A stretch of 64,000 nucleotides of DNA, taken from assembly GCA_951406725.2 (NCBI GenBank), contig OX597814.1:22196001-22260000 (forward strand). The letters are read 5' to 3'. The notes under the pieces are model-generated. The model was not told where the DNA came from and made no database searches. It saw only the letters and a list, made by a program, of their open reading frames with translations. The position numbers and the translations under genes are program-made. Below are positions 1-13,395 of the stretch, in pieces; position 1 is the first letter of the stretch; each line of letters starts with the position of its first letter. This DNA is from Octopus vulgaris (taxonomy: Eukaryota).

Positions 1-238
1 AATTGTTGAATTTTCATTGCTGCGTTCTGCCTGCTTTTGAAAATTGTTGCTTCCTCATTATGGGTGAAGTGTGAAAAGAGTGAAATGGAACGTGTCGCAA
101 GTTATTCATCCGCAACTACACAAGGTATTACGACCAACACCCTTGAAGTTCACGAGATAAATATAGAGACAAAATAATGGGAAAAAGGAAACAAATTGTT
201 ACAAAAGGAAGGGGCCAGTTTAAAGCTGACCGAAAGAA

Positions 239-838
239 GTGACGAAGAATGTAGCAAGGAAGATGGCCCTGTACAGGACGTTATCAACCACTACCAAGAA
301 AATAGAGATTGCTCCAGTAGAGGCAATAGAGGAATGTCTAGGTGAAGTGAGAGGATTAACCACCTACTATACGCGTGGAAGAAAATACGGCACAGTGGGG
401 GTTAGGTTCTCCAGTGACAAGGACGCTATTAACCACTCCACTGAGCCAATAAGGACACAAGAGTGGGTGCTGCCGATGTACTGTGGCAAACATTGCCAGA
501 GTGAGAGTCAGCAAAGTTCCCCCACCGAGATCGAAGAGGTATGGCTGGTGACAGCAGTCATGCACGAAATGGCGGAAGATGCAAGGATTCTGAAGATAAC
601 CAGAACAAAGGAAGTTAATTGTTGGGCTACGGCCTTGAAATGATAATTCAAGTTGGGTTAAAAGACTTACATGGAATTGTAGAAGAGGTTCTTCTACCAG
701 AAGACGTTACGCTAAGAGTGGGTGTGGGGGAAGACCTCCAACATGTTTTCTATGTAAGCAAAAATATTTTATGAAAGCAAAGTGCCTTCAGCAGGAAAGT
801 GAAGTAGAACAGCACGAAGAGCAGCCCACTGAAGTCTG
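239..838 (+). pseudogene. Degenerate ORF1/gag-like remnant of an L1/Tx1-type non-LTR retrotransposon
   Basis: ORF 239-643 (GRKYGTVGVRFSS...WVLPMYCG) is followed in another frame by GRPPTCFLCKQKYFMKAKC (729-785), a CX2CX4(H>F)X4C zinc knuckle with a GxPxTC lead-in typical of L1/Tx1 ORF1. It is disrupted by a stop and a frameshift. Confidence 0.45.
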
Positions 839-1700
839 ACGGTGTTTATAACTATTTTATTTGGCTTTTCTCTGAGTAAGGGAGAATATAATGATTCAAC
901 GTCACTTATACTAAAGTGTTATCATTATACCTAAAAACCCTAACTACAGTAATAACGTCATATAGACACATACGCATGGAACGCTATATTAATGACATGT
1001 ATGTTGAATATTTTAATCGTGTCCTTTAAACCGCTATAAGAAACATAAATCAAAGATTACAGAAATGCATATTTATCTATGCTCAGTTGAAAAACAAACG
1101 TGAAGAGAAACATTTTCTTTTTAATTATTTTTTATTATATAAATATAACATTTTATATTATTTACAGTAAGAAAGATAACTTTGTCGTGAAGAAAACGAC
1201 TATAAATTCCTTAGCTAATTTCTTCTTTCTATCTAATACATTAACCAACAAATCAAAATAGATTTGTGATTAACTTAGACATGGCATGAAAATTTACCGA
1301 TGTCTCAAAAGAGTGAGTGCCGTGGAGTTATGTGACAACCAACGAACACTGAAATATTTTCCAAAATCCAGGGTTTTTATAACTGCTCAACTTGACTTAA
1401 AAAGAATCGAAATCCATGACCAATATTCTTTTCGAAACTTCTAGAATCTTTATATGAGCAGTTATATTAACCAATGGAAAAAACGAAAATGATAATTCTT
1501 CGGCAAAGACATTACGTCATATTGCCAATTCGCGCCACATTTCAAAATGGCTAAAATGGTTATTGCTACAGAAGAAAAGAAGTACTCCACTGTAGCCTTG
1601 ATATTAGCGGAGTGGACACTACAACCTACTTACTGTGGCAAACGTCTTTTCTTGTAGTGTCAACTCTTTATAAAGGCCATGTGCCTTAATAAAAGAAATT

Positions 1701-2013
1701 GAGCTGGCAGGATAATCAGCCCACCGGACAAAATGCTTCGCGGTATTTCGTCTGCCGCTACGTTCTGAGTTCAAATTCCGCCGAGGTAGACTATGCCTTT
1801 CATCTTTTCGGGGTCGATTAAATAAGTACCAGTTACGCACTGGGCTCGATATAATCAGCTTAATCCGTTTGTCTCTCCTTGTTTGTCCTCTCTGTATTTA
1901 GCCCCTTGTGGGTAATAAAGAAATATGTATTTCGTCTGCCGTTACGTTGAGTTCAAATTCCGCCGCGGTCAACATTGCCTTTCACCCTTTCGGGGTCGAT
2001 AAATTAAGTACCA
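1701..2013 (+). mobile_element. tRNA-derived SINE family A (Meta-domain-like core), monomer plus partial second unit
   Basis: A-box-like TGGCAGGATAATCAGC, B-box GAGTTCAAATTCC, core GCCTTTCATC(C/T)TTTCGGGGTCGATWAAWTAAGTACCAG, tail ending AATAAAGAAAT, then a restart at TATTTCGTCTGCCG. Many copies occur in the window. Confidence 0.8.
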
Positions 2014-2093
2014 TTTGTGCCTATAGTAAAAAGGATTATATACATATTAACATATTTGTAAGTATACACATTAGTATTGAAAATTGAGATATG

Positions 2094-2131
<38 letters not shown>

Positions 2132-2699
2132 GTTTTTTGTTTAGAAGAGGAGAAAGAGAAAAACGGAGGAAAGGAGGAGAGAGAAGAAAAAAGTATGCTG
2201 ATGCTAAATGGCCTCTCAAGATGTCACTTGTAGGAAGAAAAAGAAAAGAGCAAAGAGAAAGAAGAAAAATGAAAGTGAAAGACAGAGAAAGAAGCTTCTT
2301 TTCAATTTATAATTTGTATCGATGTGGTCAACTCTTTGAAATTCAATTTCAATTCAAAATGTTATTCTTTATTCAATCATTGATTTTGAAAGTCTCCCCC
2401 TCCCCTCCTTCCCTTATCATATACATATTAAAATGTTTGTAGATATAAACGTTTCTTTGTGATTGAAAAATGATTCTTAAGTAAGTATATTCACAATTAT
2501 AAAGTATCAAATATATCTAGAGTTCAAAGTTCAATGAAAATATACATTCGCTCCAATGTTGATTGATTTAAAACGATTTGTTTGGAGAGGGTAACACTGG
2601 AGTATTCAAGTACTCGCATTATTTCTCCCCAGTCGTATTTTCCATGAAAGTTAGCTGGGTACAGCGGCTGTGTAAGAAAACTGTGTTGTCCATAAATTG

Positions 2700-3500
2700 C
2701 TCCATTTGAAAGAGTGTTCATGCATATTATCGTTGCTTTTCTTTCGAACGTATTGTTTTGGTGAGAATTGTTTTTTTATAAAATGGTCATCCCTTCAACA
2801 TTTCTAGAAGGGGAAGATTTTGAATTTTCCTTATCCACATATTTCTATATGTTTACTCATTGGAATCTTGTGTCGTTCCTCTTGTGTGATGTTCAGCTCC
2901 ATCGCCTTTATAATTCCATCATTTATAAATTTTAAGGGATAATTCTTTATTTTTAAGAAACCTGTGAGCTCATTAATTCGGATTTGATGTATTTTGGGAG
3001 TCAATTAGTATCGTACAGATACGTCATGCCTTACTCTATGGGATGTTCCTTTTGATATGTGCGGGATAGCAAGAGTATCACACCTCCGTTTTTTTTTTGT
3101 AAAATATCTCGGTTGTCACTGTGGAGTCGTGTATTTTTATGTGAATATCCAAGAATGGTAATTCATTATAACTAGTTTCTGTCATGAATTTGATAGATAA
3201 GTGAAGTATGTTGAGGATGTTATTAAATATTTGAAGATCTTCATTTGACCTGTCCCAAAAAATTAAGCGCTTCCATTCTGATGTACTTCTTGTAATTATT
3301 AAAAGCCTTCTCTATTTCATCGTAAAGCTTATTTTCTAGGAACCTCATGACTAGATTAGCATATTAGGGTGCAAACCTCGTCTCCTGAACCGTGTCCTTT
3401 ATCTGTCGATATTATTTATCATCGAATCTAAACGTGTTCTCTTCTAGTACCAGACATGTAGCTTTGGCAATGAAATCTATTTTGGAGATGAACACCATTC
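2700..3500 (-). pseudogene. Decayed Penelope/Poseidon-like reverse transcriptase and thumb fragment
   Basis: Minus-strand translation across stops and frameshifts gives LVLEENTFRFDDK*YRQIKDTVQETRFAP*YANLVMRFLE, IKFMTETSYNELPFLDIHI, HIKRNIP*SKA*RICTI and KNYPLKFINDGI, which match PLE RT4-RT7 and thumb motifs. Confidence 0.65.
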
Positions 3501-3641
3501 GTCAGTGTGATCTGCTTGAAAAATTGTTGAGATATTAAGATTTTGTTTTAATTTGAAATCAATGGCCGCCATATACACAAATAAATTTTATCCTTCAATG
3601 CGGTGTTGAGCACTCATTCTCGTCGTTCGACATTCACGTTA

Positions 3642-3679
3642 ATATATATATATATATGTATGAATGTATGTATGTATGT

Positions 3680-3777
<98 letters not shown>

Positions 3778-3785
3778 ACATACAC
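3642..3785. repeat. (TA)n microsatellite; representative of many (TA)n, (CA)n, (GA)n, (TATG)n and (GATA)n tracts in the window
   Basis: Directly visible. These tracts explain the [12 protein letters not shown] and SLSL ORFs in the track. Confidence 0.95.
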
Positions 3786-4685
3786 GCGTGTGGGTTTATG
3801 TGTTTATGTACTAAGTATTAAACTTTTCTCTTTCTCTATAGACAATAACCCATGAGATTAGCGTTCGAGTATATATGAGTCTGCACGTGTGGTCACGCAA
3901 GTGCGTGTGATGTGTGTACTCGCTTACATTTACACAAAATTTTGTTCTCTCAAAAATTTTATTTCTCATTGCTGAACTTTTACGTTTTCGAAAGAAAATT
4001 TTATTTTCTTATTGCTTGATCTGTGGATTGAATTTTTTTCGACGTCTTGCTTCTGGGTAATAATTCCTATTTAATCTGAACGAAAAAGATATGGTAATCT
4101 TCCTTGTAAAAATCGTTGTAGGCATATTTGGAAACAATGCCAAGTGACAAAATAAAGAAAAAATTATCTTCCTTCATTTATAGTTCCTGATTTAATAGAA
4201 ATGGAAACAAAATAATTTCTGTAGCATGCTGTGATCTATTTACAATCTCTGTCTTTCAATGATTCCAAAATTTCTCGTGTTCTTGCTAGACAACTGCCAA
4301 ACATATTTCTCCGTATAAATGGAACTATAAATATCATTATATTTCTAAAGCTATTCTATCTGCTTTAGTTGCATTTATAATGTTCAATACTGGTATAGAA
4401 ATCCTCCTTCATTATGCGTACTTTAAAAAAGATGTTATTTAATGAAACACTTTTTGCAACTGTGTATGATTGGCTATCAGAATTCTTGGATACGGTTTTA
4501 ATTTTTGGTTGCTTTCACTTTTCTATTACTAATTCAACTCGAGAATTTGCTGAAAGAATGTTGTTTTTGAAAGGTGAAATGCATGTAGTACTTCAATGTT
4601 GCACCAACAAATTTCGGTATATTGTTCTGAAAAATAAACGTTTCTACTCTTTGGGAGAAATTCATGTATTTACAGTAGTAATATT

Positions 4686-4797
4686 GTTTTCTACTCTAGA
4701 CATAAGGCCAGAACTTTTGCGGGAGAGGGCCAGTCGATTACATCGCAACTGGTACATAATTTATCGACCCCGAAACGATGAAAGGCAAAGTCGACAT
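4686..4797 (-). mobile_element. SINE family A fragment with alternative 3' tail (tail type 2)
   Basis: Reverse complement of the core (ACTGGTAC...ATCGACCCCGAAA.GATGAAAGGCAAAGTCGAC) plus the tail ...GGCCTTATGTCTAGAGTAGAAA, as in the copy at 27953-28170. Confidence 0.6.
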
Positions 4798-6150
4798 TGT
4801 TTATTATTTATAATAGTCAATCCATTTGTTTCTCCGCAGACCGAATAAAGTGTAAATTCCGAATTAAGAAGGTGGATCCAAATATGTGCCGACCGAAAAA
4901 GACCTATGTTTACTAATAGTTACAATATCATAATCGAATATGTACGCGGTAAGTCTCTTTGATTTCAGAAGCCTTCAGTAAATTCTTGTGATCTTCACGA
5001 AGGCCATCACTTGTGAGCAACTCTTCCATATCTTCAGAGAAAGAACGTCTAGAACTATTTATTTATAAATACAACATGATTTTCCCCACTTCAACACAAT
5101 GCTTTAAGCGAACATTTTTATATATCAGCCATCAGCTTTACGTTGCTCTTTTGAATAACTGTAACAGACTGCACGAGCCATTTTGTTACTTTCTGTTGTG
5201 ATTTTGCTGCACGAAGTTAGAGAATTTAAAAAAATAACAATTATAGAAAGCACGCAACTATATGCACTTCAAAACTGACACAAATTGTTGAAATAAAAAC
5301 ATCTACAAAAGCCTCAAATACTATCCCAAGAAAATGCTCCCTACAATTGTTGCAGCCCAGTGACATTTTTCGCAACTTCCTGTTTCTGAAGTTCGTCACA
5401 TCTTTTTTAGATTCATCCTTGTTAACCGGCATGTCATTCTGAGTTGTATGTAGACCATCTTATTGTATGATTTCGTTTCTATCTTTAAGGTCGGGTCTTT
5501 CGCCGAAATTGTGTTACAAATGAAGCATCGAATAAAGTTAATAGTACCTCTACAAATTTTATGTCGATGCCGACAAAGGTTCCCTATATTCACTGCCAAT
5601 GCCGATCGTGAATTTATTCGTGAATTTATTGCGACTAACTGACGGCTATGAAGTAACAACAATAGTCTACATTTTCATGTTGTTCTTGTTACTTTTGTAG
5701 ATGTTTTTATTCCGGCTGTTTGTCTCAAAGTATTTCAGATTATGTTAGTTATTGTTGTTGGATCTTTAGGACAGGGAGCTTTTAAATATATTTCATCTCT
5801 ATATAAGAATATCGAACCTTTCCTTCTTCACATCACATGTCTCAGATTGTTCGCTCGAGAGTATTTTATCAGGAGATTATTAGGAATGGCTCTGTATACT
5901 TCTGGTGCTAATATTGCTTACACCTTCAGAAATCATTTACTTTTGTAGAGAAGCTACGCTGTGAACTCTGTTACATATTTTACAGTGGATTTCCCGTCTA
6001 CTGTTGCTAATGATGGAACAAAATAACTAATTCAAAGGAAAGTTCCATATCACATGGTTTAAGTGTGGTCAGACAGTTTCACTGATACCTTAGACGTCTT
6101 TTCAATGCGTATTTCCTGGACGCTTTGTTTAGTGGAAATGCATATGAATA

Positions 6151-6270
6151 GGGGCAGGTATAGCTGTGTGGTTAAGATGCTTACTTTGTAACCATGAAAT
6201 TTCAGGTTCAATCCCACTGCGCAATATCTTGGACAAGTGTCTTCTACTTAAGCTTCGGATTGATCAAAAG
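6151..6270 (+). mobile_element. Degraded tRNA-derived CORE-type SINE (family C) 5' fragment
   Basis: GCTGTGTGGTTAAG...GGTTCAATCCCACTGC...CTTGGACAAGTGTCTTCTACT, homologous to the copies at 55217 and 57247. Confidence 0.6.
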
Positions 6271-7069
6271 TGTGTAATTTAGTTTAGTGCACGTCCACAA
6301 TATAGAATTCCATTAGAGGGACAATTCCTGACTTAGATGGTAGATTTAAGTTCCTCATTTAGTTTTATACCAATACTTGGTGCTTCAATAATTTAAGGGA
6401 TATCCACTTTGTTGCAAGGATTTAGCTCCCCGGCCTTCATCTCCTTTTTTTTGTTTCTTCCTTCAATCGTTGAATCCTTGAAAATGGGTCATTGCTGTTG
6501 TTCTACTTATTTTTACTTAATTATAAAATCTTATTTAGTTCTCCACTCCACCTCCTAACATATTTCCTTTTTGGGGTTGGATTTCTGCCTTCCACATGAC
6601 AGATGATTGTGTTTCTTCGCTATTATTTCCGCCATCATGTTAAGTTTGTGTGCGTAAAGTTACTGGCTGGTACAATGAAGGTTTTTCATCACATATCATT
6701 TTTATTGCTGTTAGGGCCTCCACTTTTGTTGACAGTGTTATTATTGTCTGTTACTGTTGTTGTTTTCTCATGCGTCTACACTTATGTTTTTATTTTAAAA
6801 AATATTTTCTCGTGTTGCTGTTCAAATTATTAATGTTATTTTGGAAAACGTTGCTAATACATGAGATGTTTGCATTCCTTCACTAAATTGGCTACAACTA
6901 TTTCATTTAATCATGGGTCGTTCATTCGGAGCTAGCTGGCAATAAACAAAAACGTGTCAAAGTTTGTGTACTTTTAACTTTGGTAAATAATTATTTCCTT
7001 CATATGTCAGGTTGCATTTCATGGTGGGAAAGAAACAAATGCTTCTTTGATCTTAATTGATATACCTAA

Positions 7070-7410
7070 TCAAGATAATATTTCTCCGTCTTTCATAACA
7101 TAATCCCATTTATCTAGCAAATTGTCAATTCCTCGGGCGTAAAATTCTTCAGATTTTGATATGAAGAAACATTCAAAATCTTTCTAAAAGTAATAAGCTG
7201 TTTTCCTTGTAAATAATTACTGCAATGATCTGAAAAGATAGTTAAATGGAGCAAAGCCAGGGGAGTAAAGAGGAATGAGACGAAGTGACTTGATCAATAT
7301 GTGGTCATGCAATATCGTGTACGAGCAATACACCTTCACAACTGACCAATGATGGGTGCTTTTATATTTAAATTTTGCTAGTAACCTTAAGTTGTTTCTC
7401 TGAATATGTA
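7070..7410 (-). pseudogene. mariner (DD34D) transposase C-terminal remnant
   Basis: Minus strand: KHPSLVSCEGVLLVHDIA*PH, PLYSPGFAPFNYLFRSLQ (YSPDLAPxDY motif) and FFISKSEEFYARGIDNLLDKWDYV. Confidence 0.75.
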
Positions 7411-7424
7411 ACGGCAGAATAACG

Positions 7425-7671
7425 TAGCGGCAAACGAAATACCTATTTCTTTACTACCCGCAAGGGGCTAAACATAGAGTGAACAAACAAGGACAGACAA
7501 AGGGATTAAGTCGATTATATCGACCCCAATGCGTAACTGGTACTTATTTAATCGACCCCGAAAGGATGAAAGCAAAGTCGACCTCGGCGGAATTTGAACT
7601 CAGAACGTAGCGGCAGACGAAATACCGTTAGGCATTTCGCCCGGCGTGCTAATGATTCTGCCAGCTCGCCC
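7425..7671 (-). mobile_element. SINE family A copy with start of a second unit
   Basis: Reverse complement of head, core and tail, with the same tail-to-GGTATTTCG junction as the copies at 1701 and 28988. Confidence 0.8.
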
Positions 7672-8579
7672 TCCTGCGTTCTAAATTGCTATAATGATAT
7701 CATAGGCACAACACCTCATGGTTATATAGAAACTTTAATATCATTAATACGTAAAACAAAATACGACCACGGGTGTGATTTGGTAACATTTACCATGCTT
7801 TCACTATGATATGTAAAGCAGGGCCTAAAACATTATACAAAGATATGAATATACGTTCCGGTTTCAGTACTGTACTATCTTAAGTCTTCGAAATATTCCA
7901 TACAAATGCTATCCATTTGTACTGATAATGGTGGATAGATAAATAACCTTTTTCCCTTTTGGGTGAATTTACTTCTTGATCTCGAAGTCAACAGTACTTA
8001 TGAATCATGTCGCATAAAAACGTTGCATAACACGAAGATACCAACTGATGACACCGAGGACATGCTGCACATACAACATGTCCTTATTTTATTAGTTGGT
8101 ATGTTTACCCGTTGATGGTGTATTTGGCCTGTTTTTCTCTAATTCTGACAACTGACAATACTTCGTCCGTTGTAAATAGGTTAATCAAATCAAGGCAGGT
8201 CATTTAGCATGACAAGATTAGTATGTTCTTTAGCAATTAGATATTCTGTGGTAGCTTATTTAATGCAAAGATAATCAAGAAGCTAACGATGAATAATAAT
8301 GCGTTAAGGAAAAATAAACTATATCGGCCTTTGATTAATATAATTATTTTTCTGGAAGCGATGGGGTGGTTTCGGTGTTATTATGACCTCATCAGCAATT
8401 ATGAACTCTATTGCAATTGATAAAATAGTAGTAGAAGAATTATAAATAAATGTACGAAAATGTACACAGGGTAACTTAGAAAACTGGAATTACTTCGAGA
8501 TTTAACATAACTACTGTTTTTCACGCAGATGGTGTCGCTTTGTAAATGGCTCGGTATTAATTCTATAAATTCTGTTAAA

Positions 8580-8964
8580 TCTCTCTCTATATAAACGGCA
8601 GTTTGTCTGTGCGTGTTTCTGTGTGTCTGTTTGCTTGTACCCTCACCCTGACCACGGCTTTCAACCGATTCTGATGAAACTTGACACACACATAGCCCAA
8701 TGTCATAATTCAAAACTAACGCAGCGAAAATTTTGAAAAGTTTCCCCAGTTCTGAAAAAAATCGATAAATTCGACATGGGGTCGAGAATCAGAAACAGGA
8801 ACCACAAACTGTCTAGGGGACGCAACTCCACCTTTTTTTAATCTCAAAAAAAAATTTACCATCATTTTTTTCCATTTTTTTGCTATTTTTTAGCTATAAC
8901 TCTCTAAAAATGCTTTATAGTTATTTCCCTTACAAACCTGAGCAACGCCGGGCGATACTGCTAG
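8580..8964 (+). mobile_element. Non-autonomous Helitron
   Basis: Starts with TC (8580) after A and ends CTAG (8961-8964) before T, i.e. an AT target without TSD. GC-rich subterminal hairpin CCTGAGCAACGCCGGG at 8937-8952. The 5' TCTCTCTATATAAAC and GTCTGT-type repeats are typical of metazoan Helitron-N. Confidence 0.8.
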
Positions 8965-9569
8965 TTAGCTTATAAACAAGAAATGAGTAACCTAAAACAC
9001 ATTCCTGAAATCGAACCTTTCTATATAATCCACTGTTATTCAGAAGCAGAATGTAACGGTTTTAACAAAACCCACTGAGATTCTACTCTATCTGAAAAAG
9101 TTCAGCGATTATGCAAAACTGTCTGAAAATTACCCGTTACAAAAGCACTACCAAAGCAAAACAGAAACAAAGAGATGCAAAAAGCGTACAAGTTGTATTT
9201 TGCATGCATATATGTAAGTTATTTTAAAGACGCGGACATAGCTTTATGGTACAAATGTTGCCTTTACAACTACCTGTTTCGGGAATAGATCCCACTTTAA
9301 ACAATAACTCGTGCTATAGCTTCTTGTTAGCCTTCATACGTGAAATGAAACAGTTACATTGGAACTGTACAGTAAGCCATTGCATTTGCGAGCGTGCGTA
9401 CCTTGATAGAAACGTGGGGGTAACAATACATTATACGGCATGTTTTCGGCGTTTTTAGAACTGAGGGAGTATATTCGTCTCAGGTCCCACTACAATCAGT
9501 TTCTAGGAGAAAGAAAGATAGGCGGCCAGAAAGAAAGAGTGAGTGATTTAGAAGAATTGATTCGAGTAT

Positions 9570-9705
9570 AGAACTGGTATTTTATCTATTGACCCCGAAA
9601 GAATGAACAGCAAATTGACCTCGCTGGGATTTGAACTCAGGCTGTAGAGAGTCGGAAACAATTGCTGCAAAGCAAACTATCTGTGACTCTGCCGACTCCA
9701 CCTTA
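9570..9705 (-). mobile_element. Old SINE family A fragment
   Basis: AACTGGTA...TTGACCCCGAAAGAATGAA...GGATTTGAACTCAG is a diverged reverse complement of the core and B-box. Confidence 0.55.
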
Positions 9706-11051
9706 TGTGTATATATGTGTATACGTGTATGTTAGTGAGCCTGTGTGTATGTTTGTTTGCTAGTTTGTATGTGTGTGTGTATGTGTATGCGTATGTGTGT
9801 GTGTATGTGCGTGTGGGTGTATGTGTGAGTGTCTGCTTGCTACTCTCGTGTACTTTGTGTCAAAAAGCATAACTTACCGATTTAATAAATATTGTTCTGA
9901 TAAAATAAGTAACAGACTGGAATCGACTAAAGCGTAGAATGTGGTGCCACAGCATGACCGCAGCCAATGACAGAAATCAGGAAAAATAATAAAAGAATAA
10001 AACGACTTTAGGCGGTTCAGAATAAACAAAGACTTTAATGCTAAATCGAACTGCTATCATGAATGCTGAACAGATGATACGAAACAGAAAAGCATATATT
10101 GCTATGGAATGAAAAGTCCATATTTGATAGAAGACCAGAATGAAATCAAAGAAGCAGTGCACATGACGGTTGTTGTTAGCTCAGTGAGTAAGCTTAGCGC
10201 TGATATTAGTTCATTGTGGCCGCCATTATTAACAGGTAATGTTAAATAACATTATATTGCAACAATAATTATTTGTACATCGATGGTCTAGTGAATAAAA
10301 ACATTATTAATACCCGTGGTTTAGTAATAAAGGTTCCTACATAAATTGTGTAGCCAACTGCAGGTAATTTAAGCCATTATCTGTAATGCTTTCATTACGA
10401 ATTTCGCACGTTCTACTGTCCAGGTAAACTAATTATTGTTAAGCTAGTAGCAAGGATGTTTGCTAATGATTTTCGCAATGACGACAACAGAAGCACGAAA
10501 TTCTCCGGAACTGGGTATAATTAATTACGCTTTAGCTATTTTAGAACATACATAGGTGTCTGTTGGAAAATGTCATTTAAAAATGTTACATTTTAATAGT
10601 TTGCTCAATGATGTAAGATTTAATTTAAATCGCTGGTCTGCTTTATCTCTTGAATAAGAAATTAGAGGAATAGGAATCCACTACTAATAGATATAGAAAT
10701 ATATTGCCAAGAAAGCAAACACAAACAGGTTAACTATTGTAAGCCAACACCAATCTGAACAATTGCTAGAAAAATTTGTTTCTTAAATAATATTGACCGA
10801 CCGCATCAACAATCTAGTGAACATACAGAGAAGTACTTATGACTGTAACAACAATAAATAACCAGCAAAACCAACATAGGAACCTCAAACTTGTCATTCG
10901 ACCTGCTAAACATAGTAGCCAATATTTTTAAAGGAAGCATACTACTGTCTTTAAAAATAGACACAGTAGATAATGTACACCTCGATAAACAAAAAGACAG
11001 AATAATCTCAGATAAAATATGGATTTAGTAGACGGAAACTGAAAGAAACTC

Positions 11052-11125
<74 letters not shown>

Positions 11126-11699
11126 TGCGTGCGTCTTTGTATCTTTTTGTTTGAACCACCTCCCTCCACACTTGGCAACTGGGTAAACGGGGTATGCAGA
11201 TCGCACAAGGTGACCACTGTATATATATGTATTGTTGTTCTTGTTGAAGGTATGTTACGATTAAGGAAGAGGACATCTAATTTGGTTATCATACAGGGCG
11301 GCCAAAACCCAGGACAAAGTCAAAGAAACGCAACACTTTTCCAGAACTTCTGAAGATTGTATCTGATTGCATGTAATTTAAATCATTTATTAAAAATAGT
11401 TCAAGCGACAAATAAAAAAAATTATTCCTGTATTTTGACTGCGGTATTTTTAAGGACCACAACTTGAGCGTTTAAATAGAATGAAAACTGAAAATGCAAT
11501 ACTATGAAAGACTACTACTACACAGATAATTTTCATTGAGAAAATGTTTCTTAATTTTCAAATTTCTATACTACGTTGAATTTATGAACTTGCCAGTTTT
11601 CACGAAGACCCAGTGACCAAACAATAAAAAAAACAATTAAAATTAGACATGAAAAATTAATAGAATAAACATGACACAAAAATACACATTCCTCTCTAA

Positions 11700-13395
11700 G
11701 ACACGTTTTTCTCACTCACTGTCCCGGCTACCCTCTAGATTCTGGCTTTGTTCTGAAATTTGGTACCATCGGTGTAAGGAGAATCCATTCATTTCATCAC
11801 TCATGTATATTATCTTGATTTCATTCCAGCTACTTTACCTCAAAATTTCCATCCACTATTCCTCTAAGATCATCTGGTATTTCTTTTTCTTACAAATTCT
11901 TTCGATTACCAACACTTAGATTTTTGCGGGGTTAGTTTACGACTCGCATTAAAGCATCAATCTCACATGACTTCATTCTGAAGTACTCATTTTCAGTGGT
12001 TTTAGAGTACATAACTGCTCTTCTTGTTTCTGTAATCATTCTAAATATCCTTGAGAACTGTTTAATTCTAAACTCAATCATCGATGTCTCTGTAGTTTCA
12101 AATGATCTCATCTTTGAGGCAAGGCACTTGATATTATCCTACTGCATACGACCCTAACTTCTATCTCTGTTCTACATCAATTTACCTCACAGACTGAATC
12201 CCCATTAGCTTTATGCTGAATAGCTATGGCCGAAAATGTGTTCTATATATCTGAGAATCTAAGAGGTGGACAAAATCAATCTTCCTAGTTCGATTAGATC
12301 ACTCACACAATCACAACTAAATCCCACAAGCCTTCTATAACACTACCACTTTGTCAGCATCATCTTGGACACTTTTATCTATCAAAGCCTATACAAATGC
12401 AAAGAAAAAAACTTTCGTGCATCTCACGGTCAGCCCACCTAAAAATGGCTGCAATGTGTTCTACCAGCATTGACAAACCCTCATCCTCATCATTTCTTAA
12501 TCAAGTTCTGTCATCAGCAATCACGTTTCACTTTTCTAACTCCTCCCAAATCCCTTCACAATTTACTAATCTTCAATACGTCCATTTTCATTTTAACCTA
12601 CAAACAGTAACCTTATATGAAAGCTGTTGTAATCGCTCCTAATTAACATACCCAGCGTTTATACGTCAATGCAAATTTCTACCTTAGCCAAATTCCTTAA
12701 TCCCTTTGTCTTCAGTAATAAACCTCAATCTTGGAGAAAAGTTGCTTGTAACTAGGCAACTTAACGAGGACTTTCCATCGCTCACCTCTTGGAACGAATT
12801 TCTTATAAACTGCATAATCACAGCATGTGTCCATCTAGACTCTATCAACTTTAGTGAACTCCTATCATCTGATGTGAAACTCGACAGATTTCCTTCAGTA
12901 CACACACCTAATTTGACAATGGTTCCTCTTTTGAGTCAAGAAATATTTAGACATTGTCAGCTAACTGAATTCTACAAAGGTTAAGTAAAAACAACATCGG
13001 ATTACCACTTATATACACACTAAGATCCTATCCACCATTCAAATGAAAGCCATTTTAACTAAATACATCTGATTCATTCAGAAACAATAATCAGATTTTA
13101 CAGATGGTGTGTTGTTTCATCTCACTAACTGTTACACCTCTCGTATAACCCGGTGCTACTTCTCTAAACTATCTAATTGCATTACTCCTCCAATCAGGGC
13201 TATCCGACTAATTCTTATCATTACGTGACCCTGACTGTGTCGCATTCCCAGATTCTGCACTAAATACTTCACCCAATTCCTCCTCTGCAACTTTTTATTA
13301 TTTCCTGCAACATTTTATAGTTTCCTACTTGTTCTTACATACATCGACCTACAGATAGAAAAAAAACCTGAATATCAACCGCATTGATCCTTCTA
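11700..13395 (+). pseudogene. Very old, fragmented CR1/Jockey-type LINE ORF2 remnant
   Basis: C/T-rich sense-strand composition. The end (13190-13390) resembles the C-terminal RT..H...V.IP...T..F...F.....LP..FP...D...FK..IN pattern. No clean catalytic motif was recoverable. Confidence 0.3.

Noticed and set aside
1490-1635. Possible mariner fragment (RPHISKMAK...EVLH)
   Set aside because: Too degenerate; the diagnostic YSPDL motif is not recoverable.
8368-8400. Minus-strand CTGATGAGGT...ACCGAAACC hammerhead core
   Set aside because: Core and stem II are present, but stems I and III cannot form; at most a broken remnant.
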